Virus record (IMG/VR): IMGVR_UViG_3300025030_000021 | Coordinates: 1 to 54,661 of that record | DNA from: a virus | Lineage: Duplodnaviria > Caudoviricetes | Reading direction: 5' to 3' (one strand) | DNA: 54,661 bases | Part shown: piece by piece, positions 37,068 to 45,305 of the stretch | Position numbering within the stretch: position 1 is the first letter of the stretch | How the letters are laid out: the number at the start of each line of letters is the position of its first letter | Notes under the pieces: generated by a model | What the model saw: only the letters and a program-made list of their open reading frames with translations | Database searches by the model: none | Told to the model about the DNA's origin: nothing | Position numbers and translations under genes: made by a program

Positions 37068-37292
37068 ATGTCGAATAAATCAAACGGCGGGTTATTTTCA
37101 AGTGACGGGCGGGTGATGGACGATCAGTTATATACAAGGCCGGAGGTGTCTGTGATTCTTAGCTGTTCAATCAATTTTCTCGCCAAAGATGCCATGAAGG
37201 AGACTCCGCTACTGCCATTTATCAAACTGTCTCCCAAGTTTGTCAGGTATCGCGGGTCGGACATCAAGAGGTTTATGAACGGGGGTAAGTAG
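37068..37292 (+). CDS. Excisionase/AlpA-like winged-helix protein
   Basis: LYTRPEVSVILSCS...LPFIKL....VRYRGSDIKRF. Confidence 0.75.
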   Translation: MSNKSNGGLFSSDGRVMDDQLYTRPEVSVILSCSINFLAKDAMKETPLLPFIKLSPKFVRYRGSDIKRFMNGGK

Positions 37293-37293
37293 T

Positions 37294-37815
37294 ATGAACA
37301 CGGTTAAACTTTGCAAGAGGGGGCATGAGCGGACGCCGGAGAATGTGAACAAGCGGAATGACTGTAAAATATGCCAGGCGATGAGAGCCGAAATATGGCG
37401 CAAGGACCACGCCGATGTTCTGCGCGAGCGCCGTAGCGTTGTTAGGCTCGGAGATTTAATGTCTGCCAGGGAGAAGGACCGTATAAAGCGTACCCAAAAC
37501 CCTGAAGCAGCCCGACTCCGTAGCGCCGCTTGGCATGCCGCACACCCAAATGAAACTCAAGCAGGCAACCGTAAATGGCGGGCCGAAAACCCAGAAAGGG
37601 CGAGGTCCAATAAGAACGCATGGAATAACGCAAACAAAGATAAGCTTGCCGCCTACAGCAAGAAGAGTGCTGAGGACATAACTATGTGCTACGTTGCGGC
37701 TAGACTGCGCTTGCCAGTTTCGAAATTAACTCCAGAACTTTTTGAAATCAAGAGAGATAAAATATTAATGAGCCGAGAGTTGAAGCAACTGCATTTATCA
37801 ATTAAGGGAGAATAA
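37294..37815 (+). CDS. Zn-finger basic helical protein (HNH-accessory-like, no nuclease core seen)
   Basis: CKRGHERTPENV...CKIC; W...NPE repeats. Confidence 0.65.
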   Translation: MNTVKLCKRGHERTPENVNKRNDCKICQAMRAEIWRKDHADVLRERRSVVRLGDLMSAREKDRIKRTQNPEAARLRSAAWHAAHPNETQAGNRKWRAENPERARSNKNAWNNANKDKLAAYSKKSAEDITMCYVAARLRLPVSKLTPELFEIKRDKILMSRELKQLHLSIKGE

Positions 37816-37816
37816 C

Positions 37817-38206
37817 ATGGGAATCATCGAAACGGAGTACATGGACATTCGGGAAATAAGGAAGCAGCTTGACAGTGGGAAGATTGACAATGAGCGGGCG
37901 CTTGTACTGATGAAGATTTACAGCGAACTTGGCAAGCGCGTTGACCAGACGATTAAGCTAATGTGCCTTGACCTCAACCACGGGGCGAAGGCATCGAAGC
38001 TGGTCAACTCCAAGAACCTCCTTTCGTCTGGCACCGCCATGCAGGCGGATGCGCCGATGTTGGAAGAAAAGGTGAAGTGTCCAGAGAAGGGTGACCTTCT
38101 CGTTTGCCGCCAAGAATGTCTTGATTATAGCGGAGACTCCCGCCACATAGACGCTTGCCAGAAGTGTGACCAGTTCTCAATAACCCGCAAACAGATTTGC
38201 CCATAA
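37817..38206 (+). CDS. Hypothetical protein with C-terminal Cys cluster
   Basis: AAGGGAG RBS; CP...CRQEC...CQKC. Confidence 0.65.
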   Translation: MGIIETEYMDIREIRKQLDSGKIDNERALVLMKIYSELGKRVDQTIKLMCLDLNHGAKASKLVNSKNLLSSGTAMQADAPMLEEKVKCPEKGDLLVCRQECLDYSGDSRHIDACQKCDQFSITRKQICP

Positions 38207-38220
38207 AAAGGAGCTACTCA

Positions 38221-38412
38221 ATGAAGATGACCGTCCAGCAATACGTGGATTCTCACCCCTATCACACCATGGCGTCATTCCGGTGGATTCTATTCAACCG
38301 CGCCACTAACGGTCTGAGCGCGTCCGGTGCTATAATCAAGCTCGGCAAGAAAATAATCATCGACGTGGAGAAAGCGGAAGCGTGGGAAAACAGCAAGCGG
38401 GAAACATTTTAG
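38221..38412 (+). CDS. Small excisionase-like DNA-binding protein
   Basis: R..LFNR..NGL...GAI.K.G.KI.ID...AW pattern; AAGGAG RBS. Confidence 0.7.
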   Translation: MKMTVQQYVDSHPYHTMASFRWILFNRATNGLSASGAIIKLGKKIIIDVEKAEAWENSKRETF

Positions 38413-38526
38413 CGCGCCTAGCAACTTAACCAAGTAACCACACCCCCTCCTGTGCCACTAAATAGTTGACAGGGTGAAGGGGGTTTGGTATTCTCTGGAT
38501 GTGGGAAATTATAAGGGGGGCAAAGT

Positions 38527-38916
38527 ATGCAAACGATTAAGGGTAAGATAACGTTGCTATTTTCAGAAAAAGGAATGTCGATTAGGCTGGACGATTCAGA
38601 CGCCGTGATCGCATTTTGCGACATCGAGCTTGACGCAGAACAGACCTGCGCGGCAATGTCCCGCCAAGCGCACGTTCCTTGCGTTATCAACGTGGGGGGC
38701 CTTGAAAACGTGGGGAAGGTGCGGGAGCATAAAAGTTTCTCCTTCCCGATAGGTGTTGACGGTTATGATCGCAAGAAGGACGTTGCCATTGCTGCGTGTG
38801 CTGTTCATTGCCCAGAGGGATGGACGCCCGATAACTATTTCGGCTCACAGGGGTCATTTTACACTGCGGAAGATGGGACGCAGATGGCCCGATGCATGAT
38901 AATGCGTTGGGCGTAG
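38527..38916 (+). CDS. Hypothetical protein
   Basis: Promoter TTGACA-N17-TATTCT at 38466..38494; AAGGGGGG RBS. Confidence 0.7.
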   Translation: MQTIKGKITLLFSEKGMSIRLDDSDAVIAFCDIELDAEQTCAAMSRQAHVPCVINVGGLENVGKVREHKSFSFPIGVDGYDRKKDVAIAACAVHCPEGWTPDNYFGSQGSFYTAEDGTQMARCMIMRWA

Positions 38917-39277
38917 TCGCCCCGCTAGCGCGGCAGTGTTAGCGTCAATCTAATGGAGGGGGAAATTATGCGTGAGTCGGATCTTGCAGGCGCATTCTTC
39001 GAAGCTGTCGGCAAATTCACGGTGATGGCCATCGCCATACTTGGCACCATCTGCCTGCTATTGTGGGCGTTCAACTAACCCCCGCCATGCCGCGAGGGTA
39101 AATTACAGGGGGTGGAGATGAAATGTGTAAAGTGTGGTTTTGAGCATTGGGCAACAATGGAGTTTGTGTTCATTGACGGTGAGGCGGTCTGCGTTGATTG
39201 CGCCGGCTTCGCCCCGCCAACATGCGGAAATAACGGGGATTACTAACCGCCCGGCTCTGCCGCGCAAGGAGTTATGA

Positions 39278-39460
39278 GTGAGAGAAATTGAGAGCATATC
39301 GTGCTCATGCGGTGGAGCGGTGGAGGAACAGGAGCCTACCTCTGTCGAGGAGATCGCACACGGTTGCGGCACGTCGGGATGCTGCGTCAACGCTTGGCAA
39401 TGCGCGAAATGCGGCACGCGCTTTACGGTGGCTCTGGAGGCTCCAGAATGCGAGTGGTGA
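39278..39460 (+). CDS. Cys-rich Zn-ribbon mini-protein
   Basis: CSCG...GC...CC....CAKCG; AAGGAG RBS. Confidence 0.6.
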   Translation: MREIESISCSCGGAVEEQEPTSVEEIAHGCGTSGCCVNAWQCAKCGTRFTVALEAPECEW

Positions 39461-39929
39461 TGGAATGGACAAGTGACGCGCCCACGGAGGCGGGGTTTTA
39501 CTGGCTACATCAAGCGCATCGTCTGCTGCTAGTGCGCGTGGGTCAACCCATCGGTGACTCCCGCCTCTGGGTGCAATATCACGGCACAAAGTACGAGGAA
39601 ACGGTGGATCACCTGGGCGGGTGGGAGTGGTACGGCCCCCTCACTCCGCCAGTATGAGCGAACGATACCAGCTAAATTTCATGTGGGGATCTGTGGGCAT
39701 CGGCGGCAAATGGCACCATAACCCGTATCTTGCCAAAACGGAGGATGTACAACTCGCGGAGAATGTCGCGGGCGGCTCAGTTTGCGCGGCATGTAGGCAT
39801 ACGGTCAATACGTGCAAGTGCGCCAGTATGACGTATTTAGCATAATGCGCGGATATGGCAACGGAGTCATAGCTAGCCCCTGCGATAATTCTTATTGACA
39901 ACTGCGGCATGACAGGGTAAAGTTTAACG

Positions 39930-40131
39930 CTACTGAGCGAGCGGCAAGGGCCGACTTCGCCAACCATAGAGATCACATCGAGGCGATATGCCATAGATTA
40001 GCATGAGAGCCGAACGGGGCTATAAAAGACCTAATACCCGAAATCTACGGTACACCACCAGCGGCCAGCGGCAGGCCATAGAGCCACGACGCAAGTAAAA
40101 AGCCCGCCTCAGATCGAGTGCGGGCTTTTTT
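39930..40131 (+). ncRNA. Putative stand-alone small RNA of about 200 nt
   Basis: Promoter TTGACA-N17-TAAAGT at 39895..39923, several hairpins, terminator at 40097..40131. Confidence 0.55.
40097..40131. terminator. Bidirectional intrinsic terminator
   Basis: AAAAA-GCCCGC...GCGGGC-TTTTTT. Confidence 0.85.
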
Positions 40132-40210
40132 GTGTTCGCTGCGATGGTTGCGGGGGCTGAAATGTATCACCATTGGAACGTTCGGCGGGGGGCGGGGGAA
40201 TGTCCGTATG

Positions 40211-41752
40211 CTAGGCGAACGCGCGGGCGAAGGCGGCGGTTTGGCGTTCCTTCAAGTCAGAGATAGAATACACGATACCCTTATTGTCCGCGAAGGTAGT
40301 AACCGGCGCTCCCTCCCAAAACAACTTGGCCCGCGTAGCGCCGAGCATGTCCCTTACCTCCTCCTTCGATTGCCCCCTCATCCACTCATCCATAGTGATA
40401 TCTGCGCGAACGGGGCCATTTTGGGACGCACGCAGCGATGGCGGGAGTTCGTCAAGGTCGATACCGAGTTCCTTCCACGTAGCGAGATTAGGGGAGGCGA
40501 AACTGCGGCAGTTGGGGTGCCTTGGCGGTATCGGACCCTCGCCTATCTTATGGACAGAACCCGAAAGGGATCGGCATGTAACGCTCGTTTTGCCGTCAAG
40601 CGTAGAGAGAAACGTCCACGACTTAACAATGTCCTTATTCTGCGCGTAGGTCGCCTGTATCGCTTGATTTGAGATATGGTTGACGCTGGTTCTCACCAGA
40701 GTTTCACACTCCCTCCGCACTATCGCAAATATCCCGGCCTCGTAATCCCTCGCGCTGCCGGTCAACCTCCGCACGATGGCTGCGATGCCTTCGCCCTCCG
40801 TGACGCCCAATCGTATCTGTTGCGCCACTCTCAACGCCGCTTTCGCGTCCATCTGCTCCCATAATTCACCAAGGAGTGCGCCCTGTATCGGGGCGTTGTC
40901 GACGAGTATTTTTAGCTGATCGATGTTGGGGGTGATAACGTCTAGCGCCACATTCAGCAAACTAGGCGGCACACTGTCAACGAGTGGGGTGAACCCTCCT
41001 TCCGGTATAGAGACGATGAACTCGTAATAACCGCTGTCTCTCACGTAAAGCGCCACAATGTCATCGACGGGGATTTTGTAGGCCATTGCTACGCGGTCCT
41101 TATCGGTGAACTGTTTTGCTAAGTCCCTATCCCCAAAATAGGCGGTTAATGCCTTAGCGTTACGCTCTTTAATTGGCGCGTCGGCCCGGTATAGTACAAC
41201 CGAATCCCCATATTGAGCCCTGATAGACTCACGCACATTTTCCCATCCCTGTGCTATCTCTGCGGTCGTTTTATCTCCGCTGGAAACCAACCTGTCGAGC
41301 GCCCGCAACTGTCCGGGCCTTACGCCCTGTGCATCCTCGTCTAACTCAAATCGCACGCGGGACGCCTTGGAAGACTTTAGCCCAAGGTCAAGGAGTTCAT
41401 CTGTCACCTTTAATTCTTCCGCGTCTAGCCCTAAAGACCGGCGCAAGCCCGCTGCCGCACCTTGGGCCTCATGCGCGGCGAAGTCGGCTAAAGGAGCCTG
41501 TATCGCTTCGTAGACCACCTTACCACCATCCGCCACCATCGCCGTGAGCGCGTCCACTAGAGATTGCAACCGCGCCGAAGTCCACGCGCCTTCCTTCACT
41601 TTCATGTGGCGCTTGATGAGTTGGGCAACGAGGTCTTCGTTGGCGTCATTGAGTAGACTGACGATATCGCGCACCAGCTTATTGGCAAACCGGCTGTTGT
41701 CAATCTGCGCCCGAATTGCGAGGGACATCAATTTATCATTCACATTTGCCAT
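40211..41752 (-). CDS. MuF / SPP1 gp7-like minor head protein with an internal ART-like insertion
   Basis: TLVRT..NH, STLD.KTS..CRSL and PP.HPNCRS motifs; about 155-aa extra domain at residues 110-265. Confidence 0.88.
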   Translation of the reverse strand: MANVNDKLMSLAIRAQIDNSRFANKLVRDIVSLLNDANEDLVAQLIKRHMKVKEGAWTSARLQSLVDALTAMVADGGKVVYEAIQAPLADFAAHEAQGAAAGLRRSLGLDAEELKVTDELLDLGLKSSKASRVRFELDEDAQGVRPGQLRALDRLVSSGDKTTAEIAQGWENVRESIRAQYGDSVVLYRADAPIKERNAKALTAYFGDRDLAKQFTDKDRVAMAYKIPVDDIVALYVRDSGYYEFIVSIPEGGFTPLVDSVPPSLLNVALDVITPNIDQLKILVDNAPIQGALLGELWEQMDAKAALRVAQQIRLGVTEGEGIAAIVRRLTGSARDYEAGIFAIVRRECETLVRTSVNHISNQAIQATYAQNKDIVKSWTFLSTLDGKTSVTCRSLSGSVHKIGEGPIPPRHPNCRSFASPNLATWKELGIDLDELPPSLRASQNGPVRADITMDEWMRGQSKEEVRDMLGATRAKLFWEGAPVTTFADNKGIVYSISDLKERQTAAFARAFA

Positions 41753-41886
41753 TCGCCCACCTTTGCATCACAGTTGCAGCACACGATAGCGCCGTCATCG
41801 CGGAGAAAGAACTTCGTCCCACCGCAAGAGTGTATCCACCATCTCGGCTCCGGCACCTTGCGGCGTATGTCGATGATATCGGCCAT
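41740..41886 (-). CDS. Small Zn-ribbon protein (48 aa; not in ORF track)
   Basis: MADIIDIRRK...HSCG..KF......IVCCNC; overlaps the MuF start. Confidence 0.5.
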   Translation of the reverse strand: MADIIDIRRKVPEPRWWIHSCGGTKFFLRDDGAIVCCNCDAKVGEWQM

Positions 41887-41918
41887 TGGCCTATTATAGC
41901 ATTAATTCGCGGTAATTG

Positions 41919-43736
41919 CTACTTTCGGCGCTGCTTCAGAAACACCAGATCCTGCACCGTCTCCACATTGCTGCCGTCCGTACTCTGCACCCGCACCGTC
42001 TGCCGCGCGAGGTTCTTCATCACGTCGAACGGGCTGGAGTATGTAGCGGTCGGCGTGCATCCCGCACCGAAGCAGTATTTCGTGGTCCCTGCGGTAGTAG
42101 TGAGGGAGAGTTGCTGCGTGGTGAGGTAGCGACCGGGTGCTTTGGACGGCGTAGTCGTGGGGGCGACGCCTGCAGCGTAAATACCTGCCGCCGTCATCGG
42201 AGTGCCTAGATAACTCCAGATATAATCCGTAAGCGGTGAGTCTGTAGTACCACTTAATGCGGCAAAGCCCCGATCACCACTGTTAGACGCAGCATACGCC
42301 TTCATTTTGGCCGACCACGCAGTCTCATTTGCAAGCGGCCAAAGTGGGGTAGCCCCTGTGTCATTCCATCCTGCCGCGCCGTGGATATTCCCCGTCCCAC
42401 CTATCTGGTACATGATGTTTGGCCCGATAGTCCCTGTTTCTACGCGTGGGAGGTGCCTGACAATCGAAGTCATAGGATTTGTGGTAGTGTCCAACCCTGT
42501 GGATGTACACCCAACACCAGAAAGGCACGTATTGGATGTGTTGTTGTATGCGATGGTGTCAGTAATAACCCGACTCATAGTTTTATCTGTGTCGCCAAAG
42601 GCTGACACAGTGTTGCCAGTGAAAATTGAATTGCTGATATTGTATTGGTTGTTGAGCCGGGTGGCTGTTAATGCCACGCCATACGTGGTTGACCCTACGA
42701 GCATGTTTGAGACATTCCACACGTTTTTATTACCAGATACATTATAGGCTGAGTCACCTATGGCTAGATTGTAGGGGTAGAACCCGTTTTCATTTCCCCA
42801 CAATACGCTATTGGCCCAAACGTTCGGCTTGGTGTCGTCCATTACCCCTTTTTCATTACTGAAGCCCCACCTGCCGGGGTTATTCAGCGCGATATTTCCG
42901 TTGAAGATGTGTGACCATTCGCCTGCCGAGCTACTCCCTCCAAGGGCAAATGCGATACACTCCACGCTCGGTGAGTTACATCCCAGCCCGCCTGCGCCAT
43001 TGTCAACCAGCGAATCAATCACAATGCAGTTCTGCATCGAATTGTTGTTCGAATTATAAAATCGAAGACTTGCGCTCATGTAACCTGTAGGTGAAGCATC
43101 CAGTCTAACAACTACCCTTCGGAATATGGAGTGGTCCGTGCCTCCAAGGATTGATCCCGTGTAAAACCCGTAACGACCCTTACCCCAGACCCAACAATCT
43201 TCAACCAGATTGTAAGACCCCTCCGTGATTGAGGCAATTGCCGTTTCAGTGTTGGACGCTACAGGCATTCCGTCTTCAAAGCCACAATTTGACACCCAGT
43301 TATAACTACCTCCAAGGTAGAATAGCCCGCTCAACCCGTGCTTGAAATGAATCCCGTCGACATGTAGATAGTTCACCGTGTTGGTGTCATAAACTTGGAA
43401 TGCTGCCCGCAGATACTCAGCATCCACCACAACCCCGCCGACGCTCTCAGCCTGTATCGTGGTGTAGTTTCCCGCAGTTCCGCTGGGGAGGGACTGTAAA
43501 GTCACCCCGTTCCAGCCGATGATATTATTAGCCCCCGTGTATGTGCCGTTTTTGATGACGAGCGTGTCTCCTGAAGCGAGCAGTGACGCGCCCGAGCGGA
43601 TGTATTTCTTGGGGGTGCTTATCGCCCCGTTGCCAGCATCATCAATCACACTGCCGTCAACGTAATAGGTCGCAGCGTGAGCGCCGCCAGAAGCACAGCC
43701 CAGAAGTATAATTAAGAGAATTAGTCGCAGTTTCAT
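41919..43736 (-). CDS. Secreted right-handed beta-helix protein (polysaccharide-lyase-like) with C-terminal chitobiase/Fn3-associated domain
   Basis: Signal peptide MKLRLILLIILLGCASGGAHA then ATYYVD...G....P; GDTLVIKNGTY; C-terminal PTTTPS..PG.Y...Q.LSLT. Confidence 0.75.
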   Translation of the reverse strand: MKLRLILLIILLGCASGGAHAATYYVDGSVIDDAGNGAISTPKKYIRSGASLLASGDTLVIKNGTYTGANNIIGWNGVTLQSLPSGTAGNYTTIQAESVGGVVVDAEYLRAAFQVYDTNTVNYLHVDGIHFKHGLSGLFYLGGSYNWVSNCGFEDGMPVASNTETAIASITEGSYNLVEDCWVWGKGRYGFYTGSILGGTDHSIFRRVVVRLDASPTGYMSASLRFYNSNNNSMQNCIVIDSLVDNGAGGLGCNSPSVECIAFALGGSSSAGEWSHIFNGNIALNNPGRWGFSNEKGVMDDTKPNVWANSVLWGNENGFYPYNLAIGDSAYNVSGNKNVWNVSNMLVGSTTYGVALTATRLNNQYNISNSIFTGNTVSAFGDTDKTMSRVITDTIAYNNTSNTCLSGVGCTSTGLDTTTNPMTSIVRHLPRVETGTIGPNIMYQIGGTGNIHGAAGWNDTGATPLWPLANETAWSAKMKAYAASNSGDRGFAALSGTTDSPLTDYIWSYLGTPMTAAGIYAAGVAPTTTPSKAPGRYLTTQQLSLTTTAGTTKYCFGAGCTPTATYSSPFDVMKNLARQTVRVQSTDGSNVETVQDLVFLKQRRK

Positions 43737-43753
43737 AACATCCCTCACATCCC

Positions 43754-45034
43754 TCATGGCGTTGTGTAGATCTTCATGTTGAGGGTTTTCGCCCCGATGT
43801 TTTCATAGTGCGTACCCGAGTTTTGGTACGAGTGCAGTGATTGCCATCCCGCTATCCCCGCGCCGTAGCGTAGAGTGGCGTAATTCGCAGCGTCTGCTGC
43901 ACCGTCTGCGGGCTGCACCACAATTACGGCATTCTGGGGGAAATTCACAGCCGCCGGAAACGTAAATGGAATGTATGCAAATGTGCCGGTAATTGTCGAA
44001 CCAGAAACAGCGTCAGATGTGCCTAACAGAGTACCTAGCGAGGAGTTGGCTGTCGCCGCAGAATACGCTTTGGCTACGTAAGATTTACTACTTATATCCC
44101 CAGCTCCGACCTTCAATTCTATGTCAATCGCACAAATGCTGTAGGTTGTCACGTCGGCGTAGAAGACACCCACCTTGCTTCTGTTTGCTGAATCGCCCAC
44201 GGATGTGTCTATGGTCCCGCCCCCAGTGTAAGTTACGGTCGGAGTTGAGTTGCACGCTACCGCAGGTGTTACTCCCGTCCCGCTCAAAGCCACTACTGTA
44301 GGCGTCCCCGCCGCATTATGCGGGAATTCAAGTGATGCAGTATATGGTCCGCCCGCAGTCTCCCCCGGAGTAAACATCACGCTCTCTAGGCAGTCGGCCG
44401 AAGGGTTTACGGTCGCCGCGTTGCAGGCGTCCGAGGAGATGCTGAACTTGGCCGCGTCGGTGCCGGCTATCGACGGCGCGCCGACAACCAGATCAGCCGT
44501 GCCTGTATTGGTCAGCGTCGCCGTGAGCGTGCTCGTCGTCCCCGTGTCCACGTTACCGTAGTCAAGCGTTGACGGGCTGGCTGAGGCAACTGGTGCGCCT
44601 CCTGTCCCCGTACCACTCAGTGCCACGCTCACCCGTGCGATATTCGGCGCGGAATAGCTGGCGAACCCTGTAAATGCACCATTGCCTGCCGGCGTGAATC
44701 TCACCTTGGCGGTGCGTGTGCGGGCGGCTGAGATATTGCCGAAAGTAGTCGAGCTGTAGAGACTGAACCCCCCCCCTGTCACCTTGGTGGTCACGTCCTC
44801 CGCCGTATCGTTGCCGGAGTTCGTGACGGTGAACGTGGTAGTCGCAGAGGTGCCTACGTCCTTGCTGCCGAAGTTGTGGGTGGGCGTGGACCACCCGAGA
44901 GACTGGACGAGATCGACCCACTGGGCGCGGGCCTTTCCTCCGAACCACGTACCGAAGCCGAACCCAAAGCCAAAGCCCCAACTCGGAGCAGCGACCAGTA
45001 GCACCAGCGCGGCGGCTAGCAATATTCGCTTCAT
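43754..45034 (-). CDS. Putative head spike fibre with signal peptide, (FG)n motif and two ASH/choice-of-anchor-D-like Ig domains
   Basis: MKRILLAAALVLLVAAPSWG-FGFGFGFG; two FG.V.VG......T.TN.G...V.FTP...V.LSGTG repeats; AAGGGG RBS. Confidence 0.7.
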   Translation of the reverse strand: MKRILLAAALVLLVAAPSWGFGFGFGFGTWFGGKARAQWVDLVQSLGWSTPTHNFGSKDVGTSATTTFTVTNSGNDTAEDVTTKVTGGGFSLYSSTTFGNISAARTRTAKVRFTPAGNGAFTGFASYSAPNIARVSVALSGTGTGGAPVASASPSTLDYGNVDTGTTSTLTATLTNTGTADLVVGAPSIAGTDAAKFSISSDACNAATVNPSADCLESVMFTPGETAGGPYTASLEFPHNAAGTPTVVALSGTGVTPAVACNSTPTVTYTGGGTIDTSVGDSANRSKVGVFYADVTTYSICAIDIELKVGAGDISSKSYVAKAYSAATANSSLGTLLGTSDAVSGSTITGTFAYIPFTFPAAVNFPQNAVIVVQPADGAADAANYATLRYGAGIAGWQSLHSYQNSGTHYENIGAKTLNMKIYTTP

Positions 45035-45044
45035 TGCGGCCCCC

Positions 45045-45305
45045 TTAATACAGAGCCACGATGTCTGTTGCCGTGGTCCCTGTCGCCAGCACGCGCTTGA
45101 CCATGTATGCCACATCTCCGCCCACGTCCTTTAGCACTACCGAAGTGGCGTCATCGGCCATTATCACCGCGATATCTCCAGCAACGCCGACGTGCAGGGC
45201 GCGTGACACTTCGGGGAGGTCAACGGTATCGGAAAGGGTCACTGCTGCTGCGCGGCGGGCGGGTGCGTTGGGGCCAAGTACTCTGTCTCTGTAGGGGTCA
45301 CTCAT
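45045..45305 (-). CDS. Head spike base protein (RcGTA Rcc01079-like)
   Basis: PA..AAAVT.SD..DL....RAL.VG.AGD..V.M.......V.RVLATGTTAT.IVAL family pattern. Confidence 0.85.
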   Translation of the reverse strand: MSDPYRDRVLGPNAPARRAAAVTLSDTVDLPEVSRALHVGVAGDIAVIMADDATSVVLKDVGGDVAYMVKRVLATGTTATDIVALY

